A DNA stretch of 64,000 bases from an uncultured Pseudomonadota bacterium (GCA_963843375.1 CAWJKT010000008.1:32001-96000); one strand, 5' to 3'. Positions 52,833 through 62,603 are shown, counted from the stretch's first letter. Made by a program: numbers and translations. Notes: generated by a model from the letters alone, not told the origin.

Positions 52833-52878
52833 TGGTGGGGCATCCTGGATTCGAACCAGGGACCAAGGCATTATGAGT
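52833..52878 (-). other. att site: 3' half of a tRNA with CAT anticodon (Ile2/Met)
   Basis: ACTCATAATGCCTTGGTCCCTGGTTCGAATCCAGGATGCCCCACCA has anticodon loop, T-arm and CCA; the upstream sequence cannot pair as anticodon stem/D-arm. Confidence 0.88.
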
Positions 52879-52918
52879 ATTCTGGTAAGGGGCCTTTGGT
52901 TTGTCCGTGTCATTCATA

Positions 52919-52941
52919 AAACCCTTTTCGCAAAAGGGTTT
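52919..52941 (-). terminator. Hairpin downstream of integrase
   Basis: AAACCCTTTT-CGC-AAAAGGGTTT. Confidence 0.55.
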
Positions 52942-52964
52942 CATCTACTTTAGTAACTTGCTCA

Positions 52965-54056
52965 TCACTTGCTTTTTGCGGCTCGTGTCATATTCGTGTC
53001 ATTCAAGGCCTTCGCCTTCTCAAGGGCCGCTAGGCGGTCCTCCCGATCCACACGGTCATACTTACGAAATACCGCATGGGTCTTGTGACCCGAAATCGAC
53101 ATGATGACCGAATCGCTTACTCCCGCCTTCCTCAGGTTCGTCACCGCGCAATGTCTGAGGTCATGGAAACGAAAATCCAGAATCCCGGCATGTCGGCAAG
53201 CCTTCTTGAAGGCGGTCTTAATGCTCCCCATGGTCTGGCCTTTCCAGGTAAAAACATAGGGACTTCCAAGGGTCCGGGGAATCTGCTTCAAGAGATCTAA
53301 AAGCTCCCCTGTCAGCGGTACTTCCCTTTTCTCTTGGGTCTTCGTGTCCTCGGCTTCCAGGTAAATGACCCTGTTCTTGAAATCCACCTGCTCCCAGCGC
53401 AACTTCAAGATTTCACCGCAACGCATCGCGGTCAAATAAGCCAACTGAACGATGGGCTTGAGGTGATTGGAGCATTTCTCCAAAAGCCTCCGGTATTCCT
53501 CCGGCTCCAAAGTGCGGCTTCGGAAGTTCGCTTTGAACTTCTTCACCCCCGCTATCGGATCCCGGTCAATCAGCCGGTTCAAAACCGCCCGGTGAACCAG
53601 GGCCTTCAGGATGGCGATATCCAGGTTCAAAGTCCCCTCGGCGACCGGCCTGCCGGGGTGGGACAACTGACCCTTACTCTTCCGGTGGACCAAAAAGGCT
53701 TCCACCAAATCCGGGCTCAAACTTTCCAAAGGACGGTCTCCAAAAAAGTCCTTAAACAAGTTGATCCGGTAGATATCCCTGGTGTGGCTTTTCTTCCTGG
53801 CTTTTGAGTAAGCCAAAAAAGCATCCGCCGCCTCGAAAAATCCCACCATTGGTTTATCGGAAGCTAAATACTTCTCTTCCGCCATATCCCCCATATTCTG
53901 GGCCAAAATCTTCTTGGCCTGGGCTAGGGTGATATTTCCCAACCGTACCCTTTTCCTCTTCCTCAATCCATTCTCCCGGACGAAATAGTCCAGGAAGTAA
54001 CCCGCCCCATCCTTGCGAAGATGCTGCGGCAATCCATGAACATTAGGTTTAGCCAT
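52965..54056 (-). CDS. Tyrosine integrase (phage/island type)
   Basis: TAMRCGEI, TKT, HDLRH, SGH, RKY catalytic residues; AGGAGG RBS before ATG 54056. Confidence 0.93.
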   Translation of the reverse strand: MAKPNVHGLPQHLRKDGAGYFLDYFVRENGLRKRKRVRLGNITLAQAKKILAQNMGDMAEEKYLASDKPMVGFFEAADAFLAYSKARKKSHTRDIYRINLFKDFFGDRPLESLSPDLVEAFLVHRKSKGQLSHPGRPVAEGTLNLDIAILKALVHRAVLNRLIDRDPIAGVKKFKANFRSRTLEPEEYRRLLEKCSNHLKPIVQLAYLTAMRCGEILKLRWEQVDFKNRVIYLEAEDTKTQEKREVPLTGELLDLLKQIPRTLGSPYVFTWKGQTMGSIKTAFKKACRHAGILDFRFHDLRHCAVTNLRKAGVSDSVIMSISGHKTHAVFRKYDRVDREDRLAALEKAKALNDTNMTRAAKSK

Positions 54057-54607
54057 ACTTCCTCCTAATGTCCCCAGCGAAATCATGATAGCAGGGGGCA
54101 TCAAGTTTTCAAAATACCCAAACACTTAATAAATAAAACGGCAGAAAATGTCGTATTACCTTTCCACAGCACTAATAACGCTGGGAAAGAAAAACACCAA
54201 GTCCTTAGCGTGTTTTGGAATCTATCAAAAAATAGGTTTTTAAAACACGTAGAGTTTTCTAGGTGTTATTTAAAAAGCTTACTAAAGGCTAAATTTAATA
54301 AAAGGGCCTTATAAGGTCCCTTTTTCAAAAGACCGCCAAAAGAGATAATTCAAAAATACGGTAATCGGAGACCGTGTTTTTGTGAACCATCTGTAGATGT
54401 TCTCTACACAAGTTAAAAACGTTTTTTTTGCAGTATTTTGAACAAAGGAGAGAAGAAAAAGACGGGGGAAAGAACCCGTGTTTCGAAACTGACTTTTTAG
54501 GGAGAATAGGTAGTTAAAGCTGTTATATCGCGAATCGCAGTCAAACTTGCGAATACTTAATCAGCAATTTTTTATTACTTTGACCCGATAAGACAAGTTT
54601 CATTTTT

Positions 54608-55462
54608 TTAGGACTTCCGAAATTGGTTTAATGTTTTCATCAAATCTGAAATTTTCCAAAGAATTACATTAGCTTGTTCAAGCTCAACTTGCTTAAAATT
54701 ATGAGCGAATTCGTTTCGATAATATTTAAATATCATTCGCAATTCACTTCGCAATGTTTTCAAGTGAGAGCCTATATATTTATCTTCTTTTAAATTATTT
54801 TTTATAAATAATTCGATTAGTTTTTGCCCATAGCTGTTAATTTTTGAAATTTTTTTAATCTCATTTTCAAAAATAATAAAGCCTTCACGAATGGCTGTGT
54901 CATACCTTTTAATCTCGAGATAAGGTTTAACCCATTTCGATACTTTTGGGTTTATGTATTTTCCCGATTCCTTCAATAAATCCTTTAGAGCCAAAAATCC
55001 AGCCCTTGTCACTTTTAAACCATCTTTTCCAATATCAGCAAACTCATCTGTATCGTCAGGATCATAAATAGGTTTCGGAACTTTCCCATAACTTCCATTG
55101 CTCAACTTGAAATACAACTCCTCATGATTTCCCCATTTCTTCAATTCCCAATTGAAACTATTTATTTCTCTAACCCCTGAAACATATCGTCGTTTTTGAA
55201 GGTCAATTAAATCTTCATGCCAAACCGCAACGTGATAATTATTTTCGTCATAAGGGTTTTTGCCTGGTTTCCCAACGCAAAATAGCATGCACTTATCAAT
55301 ATCATCAATCGCGTTGAAAACGGTTCCACGAGGATATAAACCAAAGGTTAAAAGTCCTATAGCCCAACCATGTTCAATAGGATAAACCGGCCAATCCGCA
55401 TGGATGGCAATAACACCTTTTGAAGTCCAGCCTAAATAACCGGGATGCTTAGAAAGTTTCAA
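54608..55462 (-). CDS. Hypothetical protein with C-terminal TIGR02391/HEPN-like domain
   Basis: YDTAIREGFIIFENEIK...YGQKLI...YRNEFAH (RxxxxH). Confidence 0.65.
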   Translation of the reverse strand: MKLSKHPGYLGWTSKGVIAIHADWPVYPIEHGWAIGLLTFGLYPRGTVFNAIDDIDKCMLFCVGKPGKNPYDENNYHVAVWHEDLIDLQKRRYVSGVREINSFNWELKKWGNHEELYFKLSNGSYGKVPKPIYDPDDTDEFADIGKDGLKVTRAGFLALKDLLKESGKYINPKVSKWVKPYLEIKRYDTAIREGFIIFENEIKKISKINSYGQKLIELFIKNNLKEDKYIGSHLKTLRSELRMIFKYYRNEFAHNFKQVELEQANVILWKISDLMKTLNQFRKS

Positions 55463-55686
55463 ATGTCTCCGCTTTCTAAATCATTTTCTCGGCTTTCTAC
55501 TTCACCTTCAAACTTATACTGATTTACAAGTTCTTCCTCTACCCACCACCCAAGCATAATTTCTGGAACAGAACCAAAAGTAACAGCCTCTACTTCATAA
55601 ACTTGAACCTCCTTTTTGACCCTCTCTAACATCTCACTTAACCAATTTTCATCAACCTCAAGATCAATTGCTGTCCCTTTCCACAT
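55459..55686 (-). pseudogene. Acidic ~75-aa ORF or gene tail abutting the IS21 end
   Basis: Begins immediately after the IS terminus; its stop overlaps the TTG start of the HEPN gene. Confidence 0.45.
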
Positions 55687-55788
55687 TTTGCTAACGCCGG
55701 TCGAAAAGTGTGACGGTGGGCGGTCCAAAAGTGTGACACCCCCCGCCTTCCATACGCCTTTAGGGTATATGGTCGTTGGTTGAACCTA

Positions 55789-56562
55789 TCAATCCTTCTT
55801 GTCTTTACGTCTCAGCCGTTTCTTCGCTTCCACCAGCCTGAAGCTTTGGCCGTTGGCCTCCAGAATATGCACCCGATGGGTCAAACGGTCAATAAGGGCC
55901 CCCGTCATCCTTTCGGAACCCATGATTTCCACCCAGTTTTCAAAGGGAAGATTCGTCGTTACCATCAGGCTGGTTCGCTCATAGGCCTTGCTGACCACCT
56001 CAAACAGCAACTCCGCTCCCGGCTTGGTGAACGGTACGTAACCCAATTCATCCAAAACGATTAGGTGGAGCCTGGCCAACTGCCGATGGAACTTGGCCAA
56101 TTGTTTTTCCTCGCGGCGCTCCAGAAGTTCGGTGACCAGGCCGGTCACGGAGAAGAACTTCACCGCCCGGCCCTGACAGCAGGCCTGGTAGGCCAGCGCC
56201 GTGGCCAAATGGGTTTTACCTGTTCCCGAATTGCCGATCAGCAGGACGTTTTCTTTTTTGTCGATGTACTCGCCCCGCATGAGTTCCCGCGTCAATTCCT
56301 GGTTGATCGAAGGCTGGGCCTTGAAGTCGAACGTGTCCAAAGTTTTGAGCACGGGAAAGTTGGCGTCGCGGATGCGCCTCTCCTTGGCCCGGCGTTCCCG
56401 GTCTAGAAGCTCCATCTCGGCCAATTTGAGCAGATATTGTGGATAGTCACTGCGTTCTGTGCGGCAGAGTTGGGCCATCTTGTCGTACTCCCGCTGCATG
56501 GTAGGCAGCTTGAGTTTTTTGAGGTGGTGTTCCAGCAAGAGCGTCTTTTTGGATTCGCTCAC
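55789..56562 (-). CDS. istB: IS21 helper ATPase
   Basis: GNSGTGKTHLA, LDELGY, TTNLPF, DRLTH. Confidence 0.96.
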   Translation of the reverse strand: MSESKKTLLLEHHLKKLKLPTMQREYDKMAQLCRTERSDYPQYLLKLAEMELLDRERRAKERRIRDANFPVLKTLDTFDFKAQPSINQELTRELMRGEYIDKKENVLLIGNSGTGKTHLATALAYQACCQGRAVKFFSVTGLVTELLERREEKQLAKFHRQLARLHLIVLDELGYVPFTKPGAELLFEVVSKAYERTSLMVTTNLPFENWVEIMGSERMTGALIDRLTHRVHILEANGQSFRLVEAKKRLRRKDKKD

Positions 56563-58100
56563 GCTTCACCTCCCACAACCATCAGCTCCCGGTAGGCCGA
56601 AAGATCCGTCCGGGCCACTTGAACCCGTCGTAAGTGCTCACGACCGGCAAGGCTGAAGGTGGTCAGCCTGTAATCCTCCCTGGGGTAGAGCAACTGGGCG
56701 ACGGCGTCCCGGGTATAGATTTCCATTCCCACAGCTTTCTTCACCGCACGGGTGAGCCGCGAGAGGGAATATTTCTCCAAGAGGCGCAGAGTCTTGATGA
56801 ATTCCCGTGTCCCTTCACCATGGTGCCTTTCCATGGCTTCCATGCGGCGGCGCAGGAGGGGAAAACTTTCCGGCAGGTTCCAGTCTTCCAGGGGCCGGGC
56901 ATGATCGAGGGCTCCCGGTTTCCCTTCCAAAACCGCTAAATAATGCACCGGATTGAAGACCACACCTTCCTTTCCCCAAAGGCGATCGTGAGTCGCGATG
57001 AGCCTGTCCTTGTGGAAGATATCCACTCGCTTGATGTACCCCTTCACCACCACCGGATGGTGTGCCCATTCGGAAGGAACGGAATAGTCGTTGGTGTCGA
57101 AACGCACGAGGGACAAAGACGTGGCTGTCGTGGACTGTTTCAGACAGGCGTCAAAGGGAGTGGCCGGCAAAGGCCTGAAATGGGCCTTATCCTCGTCTAG
57201 AAGCTGCACCTTGGGTAGACCCTTCCCCCGCAATTTGCGCTTCAAGTCCTCCCGGCATTTCACCTCCAACTGCTCGTTCAGTTCATCCAGGTTTCCCACC
57301 TGTGGAACCGGGACCATGAAGTTCAGGCGGACGTATTTCACCCCGCCTTCCACGACGCCCTTTTCATTGCCACGGCGTATCGTGCAGAAGTGGTGATCGA
57401 AGAGGTAATGGCTCTCCAATTGCTGGAAACTTTTGGTCAAAATCCGTTGGTGTACCCCGGCGATCTTCGTCACGAGGGTCTTGGCATTGTCGTAGCTGAT
57501 CCGCCAGGGCACGCCGCCAAAATATTCGAAGGCCCGGATATGGCCTTCCCACACGAACTCCGTGCTTTCCCGCTCAAACATCTGGACGAAAAAAGCATCC
57601 GAATACGGAAGTGCCATCACAAAGAAAGGCCGTTTCACCAACACACCGTTGAGTTTGACCAGGGCGTGTCCAAAGTCCACCTGGGCCTCCCCGGGCCGAT
57701 GGATCAAAGGCACGAAGACCTCGCTATTCTTTTGCTTGAACCCCTGGACGGCTTTTTTCACCTGGCTATAGCCGCCGGTGTAACCATCCTCATCCCGCAG
57801 GCGCTCAAAAATGCGCTTGGCCGTATGTCGTTGTTTTTTGTGGACGTGCTTGTCGTCCTGAAGGATTTGCTTGATGCGGCCCAGGAAGGGCCCAATCTTG
57901 GGCTGTGACCTCTCCCGGTACATTCGGTAGCCCGGGGGTTGGCTATGGGCGAGTATTTTCTTGAGGGTTTCCCAGTGGATGCCTTCTTCTTCCATCACCT
58001 GGCGTTTGGAGACCCCCTCCACCAGGATTTTCTTGCGGATTTCGGTCCATCGGTCCATGTCCTTGTACACTCCTTTTCCTCCTGGAGGCGTGGTTTTCAT
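56559..58100 (-). CDS. istA: IS21 transposase
   Basis: QRHTAKRIFERL, PGEAQVDFG, YDN, EKGVVEG, FDTNDYSVP. Confidence 0.96.
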   Translation of the reverse strand: MKTTPPGGKGVYKDMDRWTEIRKKILVEGVSKRQVMEEEGIHWETLKKILAHSQPPGYRMYRERSQPKIGPFLGRIKQILQDDKHVHKKQRHTAKRIFERLRDEDGYTGGYSQVKKAVQGFKQKNSEVFVPLIHRPGEAQVDFGHALVKLNGVLVKRPFFVMALPYSDAFFVQMFERESTEFVWEGHIRAFEYFGGVPWRISYDNAKTLVTKIAGVHQRILTKSFQQLESHYLFDHHFCTIRRGNEKGVVEGGVKYVRLNFMVPVPQVGNLDELNEQLEVKCREDLKRKLRGKGLPKVQLLDEDKAHFRPLPATPFDACLKQSTTATSLSLVRFDTNDYSVPSEWAHHPVVVKGYIKRVDIFHKDRLIATHDRLWGKEGVVFNPVHYLAVLEGKPGALDHARPLEDWNLPESFPLLRRRMEAMERHHGEGTREFIKTLRLLEKYSLSRLTRAVKKAVGMEIYTRDAVAQLLYPREDYRLTTFSLAGREHLRRVQVARTDLSAYRELMVVGGEA

Positions 58101-58202
58101 CTTTGAAAACCCACATCTTCCAGGGAATTTCGGGGAGTGTCACACTTTTCGACCGCCTTTTTGCCCTCTCTAGACCGTCACACTATTGGACCGGCGTTTA
58201 CA

Positions 58203-60284
58203 AATTTTTTTACTTTCAACATAGTCACCATGGGCTTCTGTTAAATGACCATAGATTTGGCTATACCGATTTCGAAATCCAAAAAGTGAATGCGTTTCAC
58301 CCTTAAATGGCATTCGAGCAAATTTATCAACAGTGGCCACAATAATTGACGGACGAGTCCTATATATTTCTTCGTCAACAACCACCACGGGCAATCCCGC
58401 CTGATTTGACTTGGCAGAGCTGAATTCACATTCCTTATTGTTGCACCATATAAGTGTACGTTGGGTCGCTTTATCAGGAACATATGTGTTCGGTTCCGGG
58501 ACACCCTTGTCACTAACAAGTATTGAACCGCACCGAGGACAAGAGACAAGTTGAATCGGGCTACCTGTGCTAGGCCTTCTTCCTTCCCTGGCCTTCTCAA
58601 TTACCGCTGCTGAATCCGAAAAAGTGTTAGGGGTTGTTTTTTTACCAACCCAAATTCCAATTCGAAATGGTTCTTGGCCAAAAATTTTTGGATTTTTATA
58701 CCTTATAACTTCACATGCCGCGATTAATGCCGCGGCCCGTTGAAACTGTTGAACCGTGAGGAGTCGAAGCGTATACCTCATAATTACGCTGACTCCGGCA
58801 CCTGCCTCCATGCCATAACGATTACCTCTTAAACGCCTTAAAGCTATTACAAAAGCAGACAATCCAAGATAAGCCTCGGTTTTACCGCCCCCTGTTGGAA
58901 ACCAAAGTAAATCGACTATCTCTCTGTCGCTACTGTTTTCATCAGCTACTCCGCAGAGATTCAGCAGTATGAAACCCAGTTGAAAGGGACGCCATGTTCG
59001 ATTTTTTGGGAAGTCATATTCATACGGCGTACCTTTTACCACTCCCGCCTTACGGTTGGTGGCGGCCCAAAGAGAGTGAATTCGCTGATCCCACATTGCT
59101 CTGTTAGAAAATTTAAATGCTTCAAAAACATGTTCGTCTGATTGAATAAGCAATAATCCATCTTTAATGCGCGAAGCGCAAACCCTACAAAGTTTAATAT
59201 TTATTTTCGAAACTTCATAAAACAACTTGTTTTCTTTTATTTCTGGCTTCTCACTTTCATTTTCAATTTTATCAATCCAAGATTCATACTCATCTACCAT
59301 CGGCTTTAATAATTTTATTAGTTCAGAAGCGGAACTCATCTCCGCCAAGAATTTCATATCTAACGTTGCTCCTCCAGTTTTGTCTGCCGGAGCAATAAGC
59401 ATTGGGGTCTCAAAAGAGGGAATAAATTCGGTAAATACTGCTGTTGTTCTTTTTCCACCATCAACCGGCTCTGCCCATCCAGCAGACACTCCATGACCTG
59501 TCGCGAACTCCCTAGAATCTCGATAAAGCAATTCGTTAGTTGAGCTTTCATCATCTTCGGAAACATAGGTTGGTTCTGGCCGATAATCCTTTGCAACAAA
59601 CACAGGACTGTTATTAGAAGTAGTTACATACACGGAGGGTTGATAAATCCAACGTTCATCTTTTGACCTGTCCCCTAATTGACCTTTTGTGCGTCGATTG
59701 ATCAAAAACAGGCTTACAGCTCTATGCCCCCCAAGATCATGAACAACACCCTCAATAGATATTTCCATATCATCAATTTGTGAAATAGATACACCGGGAG
59801 GATTCGAAGCGGAGGGGGATAAAGTTATTTTTGATATTGCCCCGGCTTTAGCAACTTGCACTCCATCAACCACGCCACTAATTGGGTATCTTTTCCAAAC
59901 GTACTTTCCTAATCCATCTTTTTCTCGTTTGTAATTGCCCCAGGCAACCCTAACTTGTAATGTTTTATTCTGAGAATCGATAAGAAAAGACAACCCGAAC
60001 GAAGAGGGGTTAAATCCAATTATAAGGGGTGGTTGCGGTTCCTCTTCTCCATCCTCCTCCGAGCTAACACCCATTGCGAGTTTTTCATTTTCAGTTTGTT
60101 CGATCAAACCGTCCTTATCATTCTCATCAATTCTGGCCGGCGCTAATCTTCCAACAACGTATCTGGAAGTTGGATATTCATTTATCACCTCATCGGGTGC
60201 GCCTGGCCCCATGAGCTCTTTCTTCAGCGCAAGGAGCAATCTATCTCTTACCTGACGTTCATTATTTGATGGTGCCATAGTCAC
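58203..60284 (-). pseudogene. drmA: DISARM DrmA-like helicase, truncated by IS21 after 694 codons
   Basis: PSSFGLSF, REFATGHGVS, WRPFQLGFIL, LLWFPTGGGKTEAYLGL, RYTLRLLTVQQFQRAA, TVDKFA; ends before Walker B. Confidence 0.82.
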
Positions 60285-61531
60285 CTTATAGCCGAAACAA
60301 ATTGTGGCGTTCTTTTACGAGCACCTGGACCAAGACCAGTACCTGGATGATCTTTGTAAATTCCTCTAAATTTGAGATAACTTTTGGGGACTGGTTTCGT
60401 CACTACCGCTCGGGGACAATTATTTCTTTTCGAGGGTATTAGTGTTAGATTTTTTCGGACATTTTCCCCAAATAATTGACGTCTAATTTCTAAACCAAAT
60501 AATTCGCCAATGGCACTCGGCACAGCATTACCAATTTGACATTGTGCTGAACGACGATCACCCTGAATCTCATACCCCACCGGAAATGTTTGAAGGCGGC
60601 AAAGTTCTTCTATTGATAAGAGTCTATTTTTCCAATGAAAAGGTCCTGTTGCTGGCCCAGGCATCGCGGGTATTGTCCATGAGGGTTGGTTTTTGGCAAG
60701 TTTGAGGAGGAAAGACCAATAGCGTGTTCTCCAACCAAAAAGTGGTTCGCCACCATTTTGACGGTTTCGAGAAGTGTGCCAAAGATAATTTCGACCTTCC
60801 GGAATACTCTTAAGCAAATTTGCCCATCTTCCAGTCAAATTAAGAGCTGAAGGCCAAGTAGAAGTATCTAAATCACCTATTGCGTCCCATGCAGTACGAT
60901 ATGGCTCAAGACCATTAGAATCATCGTGCGTTGACTTTGGAGGGTCTATAGTCTTCCCAGTAATACTTGCGAGTATAAAAACTCTTTCCCGAAACTGCGG
61001 CACGCCATAACTGGCAGCATTTAAATGAATAACTTGCAACCGATAATTACAACCTACACGTTTATTAATAGCCTTGATTCCACGAATTAAAAATTGAAGC
61101 CCTTCATCTTTGCCGTTAAAAGCCAATCCCTTAACATTCTCAAGTAGAAGAACTTTTGGCAAAATTAATTCCACGGTTTGAAGAAATGCTTTGAGCGTCT
61201 TTGAGCGAGGATCGCTTAGACGCGGCGAGTCTCCACTAGACCAAAAAGCCGCTTTAGAAAAGGGTTGGCATGGCGGGCCACCAGTAAGAAGAGATACTTT
61301 TTTCGGCCTCATCCTGGACTGTTTTAAAATATCATTTGGTTTCAACTCGTAAATATTTCCGGGCTCCGCAAGTATCCATCCTGGCCTGTTATGCATTAAA
61401 GTTTTTCTTGCATCTCCATCAATTTCTACACAAAGTCTATTCTTAAATCCTGCGGCTTCAAATCCGAGATCTAACCCTCCTGCCCCAGTAAATAAAGAAA
61501 TAACAGTTCGTTCAGTTGAATGAACATTCAT
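60281..61531 (-). CDS. C5 DNA cytosine methyltransferase (DrmMII-like by context)
   Basis: FTGAGG, GGPPCQPFS, ENV, PQFRERV, RLQTFP, GNAVP; 4-nt overlap with drmA. Confidence 0.93.
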   Translation of the reverse strand: MNVHSTERTVISLFTGAGGLDLGFEAAGFKNRLCVEIDGDARKTLMHNRPGWILAEPGNIYELKPNDILKQSRMRPKKVSLLTGGPPCQPFSKAAFWSSGDSPRLSDPRSKTLKAFLQTVELILPKVLLLENVKGLAFNGKDEGLQFLIRGIKAINKRVGCNYRLQVIHLNAASYGVPQFRERVFILASITGKTIDPPKSTHDDSNGLEPYRTAWDAIGDLDTSTWPSALNLTGRWANLLKSIPEGRNYLWHTSRNRQNGGEPLFGWRTRYWSFLLKLAKNQPSWTIPAMPGPATGPFHWKNRLLSIEELCRLQTFPVGYEIQGDRRSAQCQIGNAVPSAIGELFGLEIRRQLFGENVRKNLTLIPSKRNNCPRAVVTKPVPKSYLKFRGIYKDHPGTGLGPGARKRTPQFVSAIR

Positions 61532-61622
61532 ATAATTATTGGTTCCTTCATTTTGGATACTTTGATTTTTGGAGTTAATTTGTCTAGCAAATTTTACTTT
61601 GATTTATCCTCTAATCCCATCT

Positions 61623-62099
61623 TTACTTTGAGTCTTCCAAAGATCCCTCATATTCCGAATATTCCTCAGTCATCCATTGGTTCCCGCAAACTGGGTCTTT
61701 GCATTCCCAAAAATGACGTATGGTTTCCTTGACCATTCGGACCTGTTCCAGTCGTTTGAGCTCATAAGCATGGTCCGCGTCGATAAAGCTGTTGGAGTAG
61801 ATAGTCCCTTCGTCGATCCTTTCCACCGTTTCCAAAGATTCCTTTTGTTCCACAACCTCGCTTTTAACAAACCGTTTCTTCCAGAAACCGCTGCACTTGG
61901 GACACCGGCTTTGATAGGCCTTTACCGCAAACCAAACAAACGGCTTTAAGGTAACGAAGTAGAGTGGATAAAGAACGAAACACAGGGCTTTCAATGCAAG
62001 CCCCACAACCCCCAAGGCCATTCCCAAAAGAAATAGGGCCGCCAATAAGGCGACACCACATAACAGCAAACAAGTGAAAATGTCGGAAAGTGTTTTCAT
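61623..62099 (-). CDS. Membrane protein with C-terminal Cys4 (CPKC...CKDPVC) domain
   Basis: Hydrophobic N-terminus; two Cys pairs; AAGGGGG RBS. Confidence 0.65.
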   Translation of the reverse strand: MKTLSDIFTCLLLCGVALLAALFLLGMALGVVGLALKALCFVLYPLYFVTLKPFVWFAVKAYQSRCPKCSGFWKKRFVKSEVVEQKESLETVERIDEGTIYSNSFIDADHAYELKRLEQVRMVKETIRHFWECKDPVCGNQWMTEEYSEYEGSLEDSK

Positions 62100-62117
62100 G
62101 GTTTCCCCCTTTCCGGG

Positions 62118-62603
62118 CTAGATCAGCCCGGCTTGCCGGAATGAAAAGTGCCCCTCATGGGTGACGATCAAATGGTCATGGACGGCAATCCCCAAGGCGC
62201 GGGCGGCGGTCACGATCTGCCGGGTTAATTGCTTATCGCCCTCACTTGGTTCCAAGCTCCCGGCTGGGTGGTTATGCGAAAATAAAATCCCGGTGGCGTC
62301 CAGTTCCAGGGCCTTCTTGAGAACCTCGCGGGGGTACACGGCGGTATGGTCAACGGTGCCTTCCTGGTTCAAAACCACGTCCAAAACATGGTTCCGGTGG
62401 TCCAGGTACATGGTCAAGAAAGCCTCATTGCGCTTCCCGCCGATATACTTACTGAAATATTCAACCGCGTTCTCCGGGCTTCCGATAACTGACCCCCGCT
62501 GGTAGGTTTCCCTGGCTTCCGCCCAACTCACCGGCGGAACCGTCGGCGGCGGCAAAGCCCCAACCTCAAATTTAAATTCAACTTGTTCCTTGGAATCCTT
62601 CAT
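62118..62603 (-). CDS. radC: RadC-like JAB domain protein
   Basis: EAF..YLD, GTVD...VYPREV, HNHPAG...PSEGD, HDHLIV. Confidence 0.92.
   Translation of the reverse strand: MKDSKEQVEFKFEVGALPPPTVPPVSWAEARETYQRGSVIGSPENAVEYFSKYIGGKRNEAFLTMYLDHRNHVLDVVLNQEGTVDHTAVYPREVLKKALELDATGILFSHNHPAGSLEPSEGDKQLTRQIVTAARALGIAVHDHLIVTHEGHFSFRQAGLI

Larger units (their letters stand above)
55689..58202 (-). mobile_element. IS21-family insertion sequence
   Basis: TG...CA ends; IRs TGCTAACGCCGGTCGAAAAGTGTGACGGT / TGTAAACGCCGGTCCAATAGTGTGACGGT with internal AGTGTGAC repeats; istA+istB. Confidence 0.93.

Noticed and set aside
51410..52848. Duplication as an assembly artefact
   Set aside because: Copies differ by many substitutions, including synonymous-looking ones and a 3-nt indel, unlike the +1 error pattern elsewhere
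52833..52910. Intact tRNA gene
   Set aside because: Only the 3' 46 nt are tRNA-like; no 5' acceptor strand, D-arm or 5' anticodon stem
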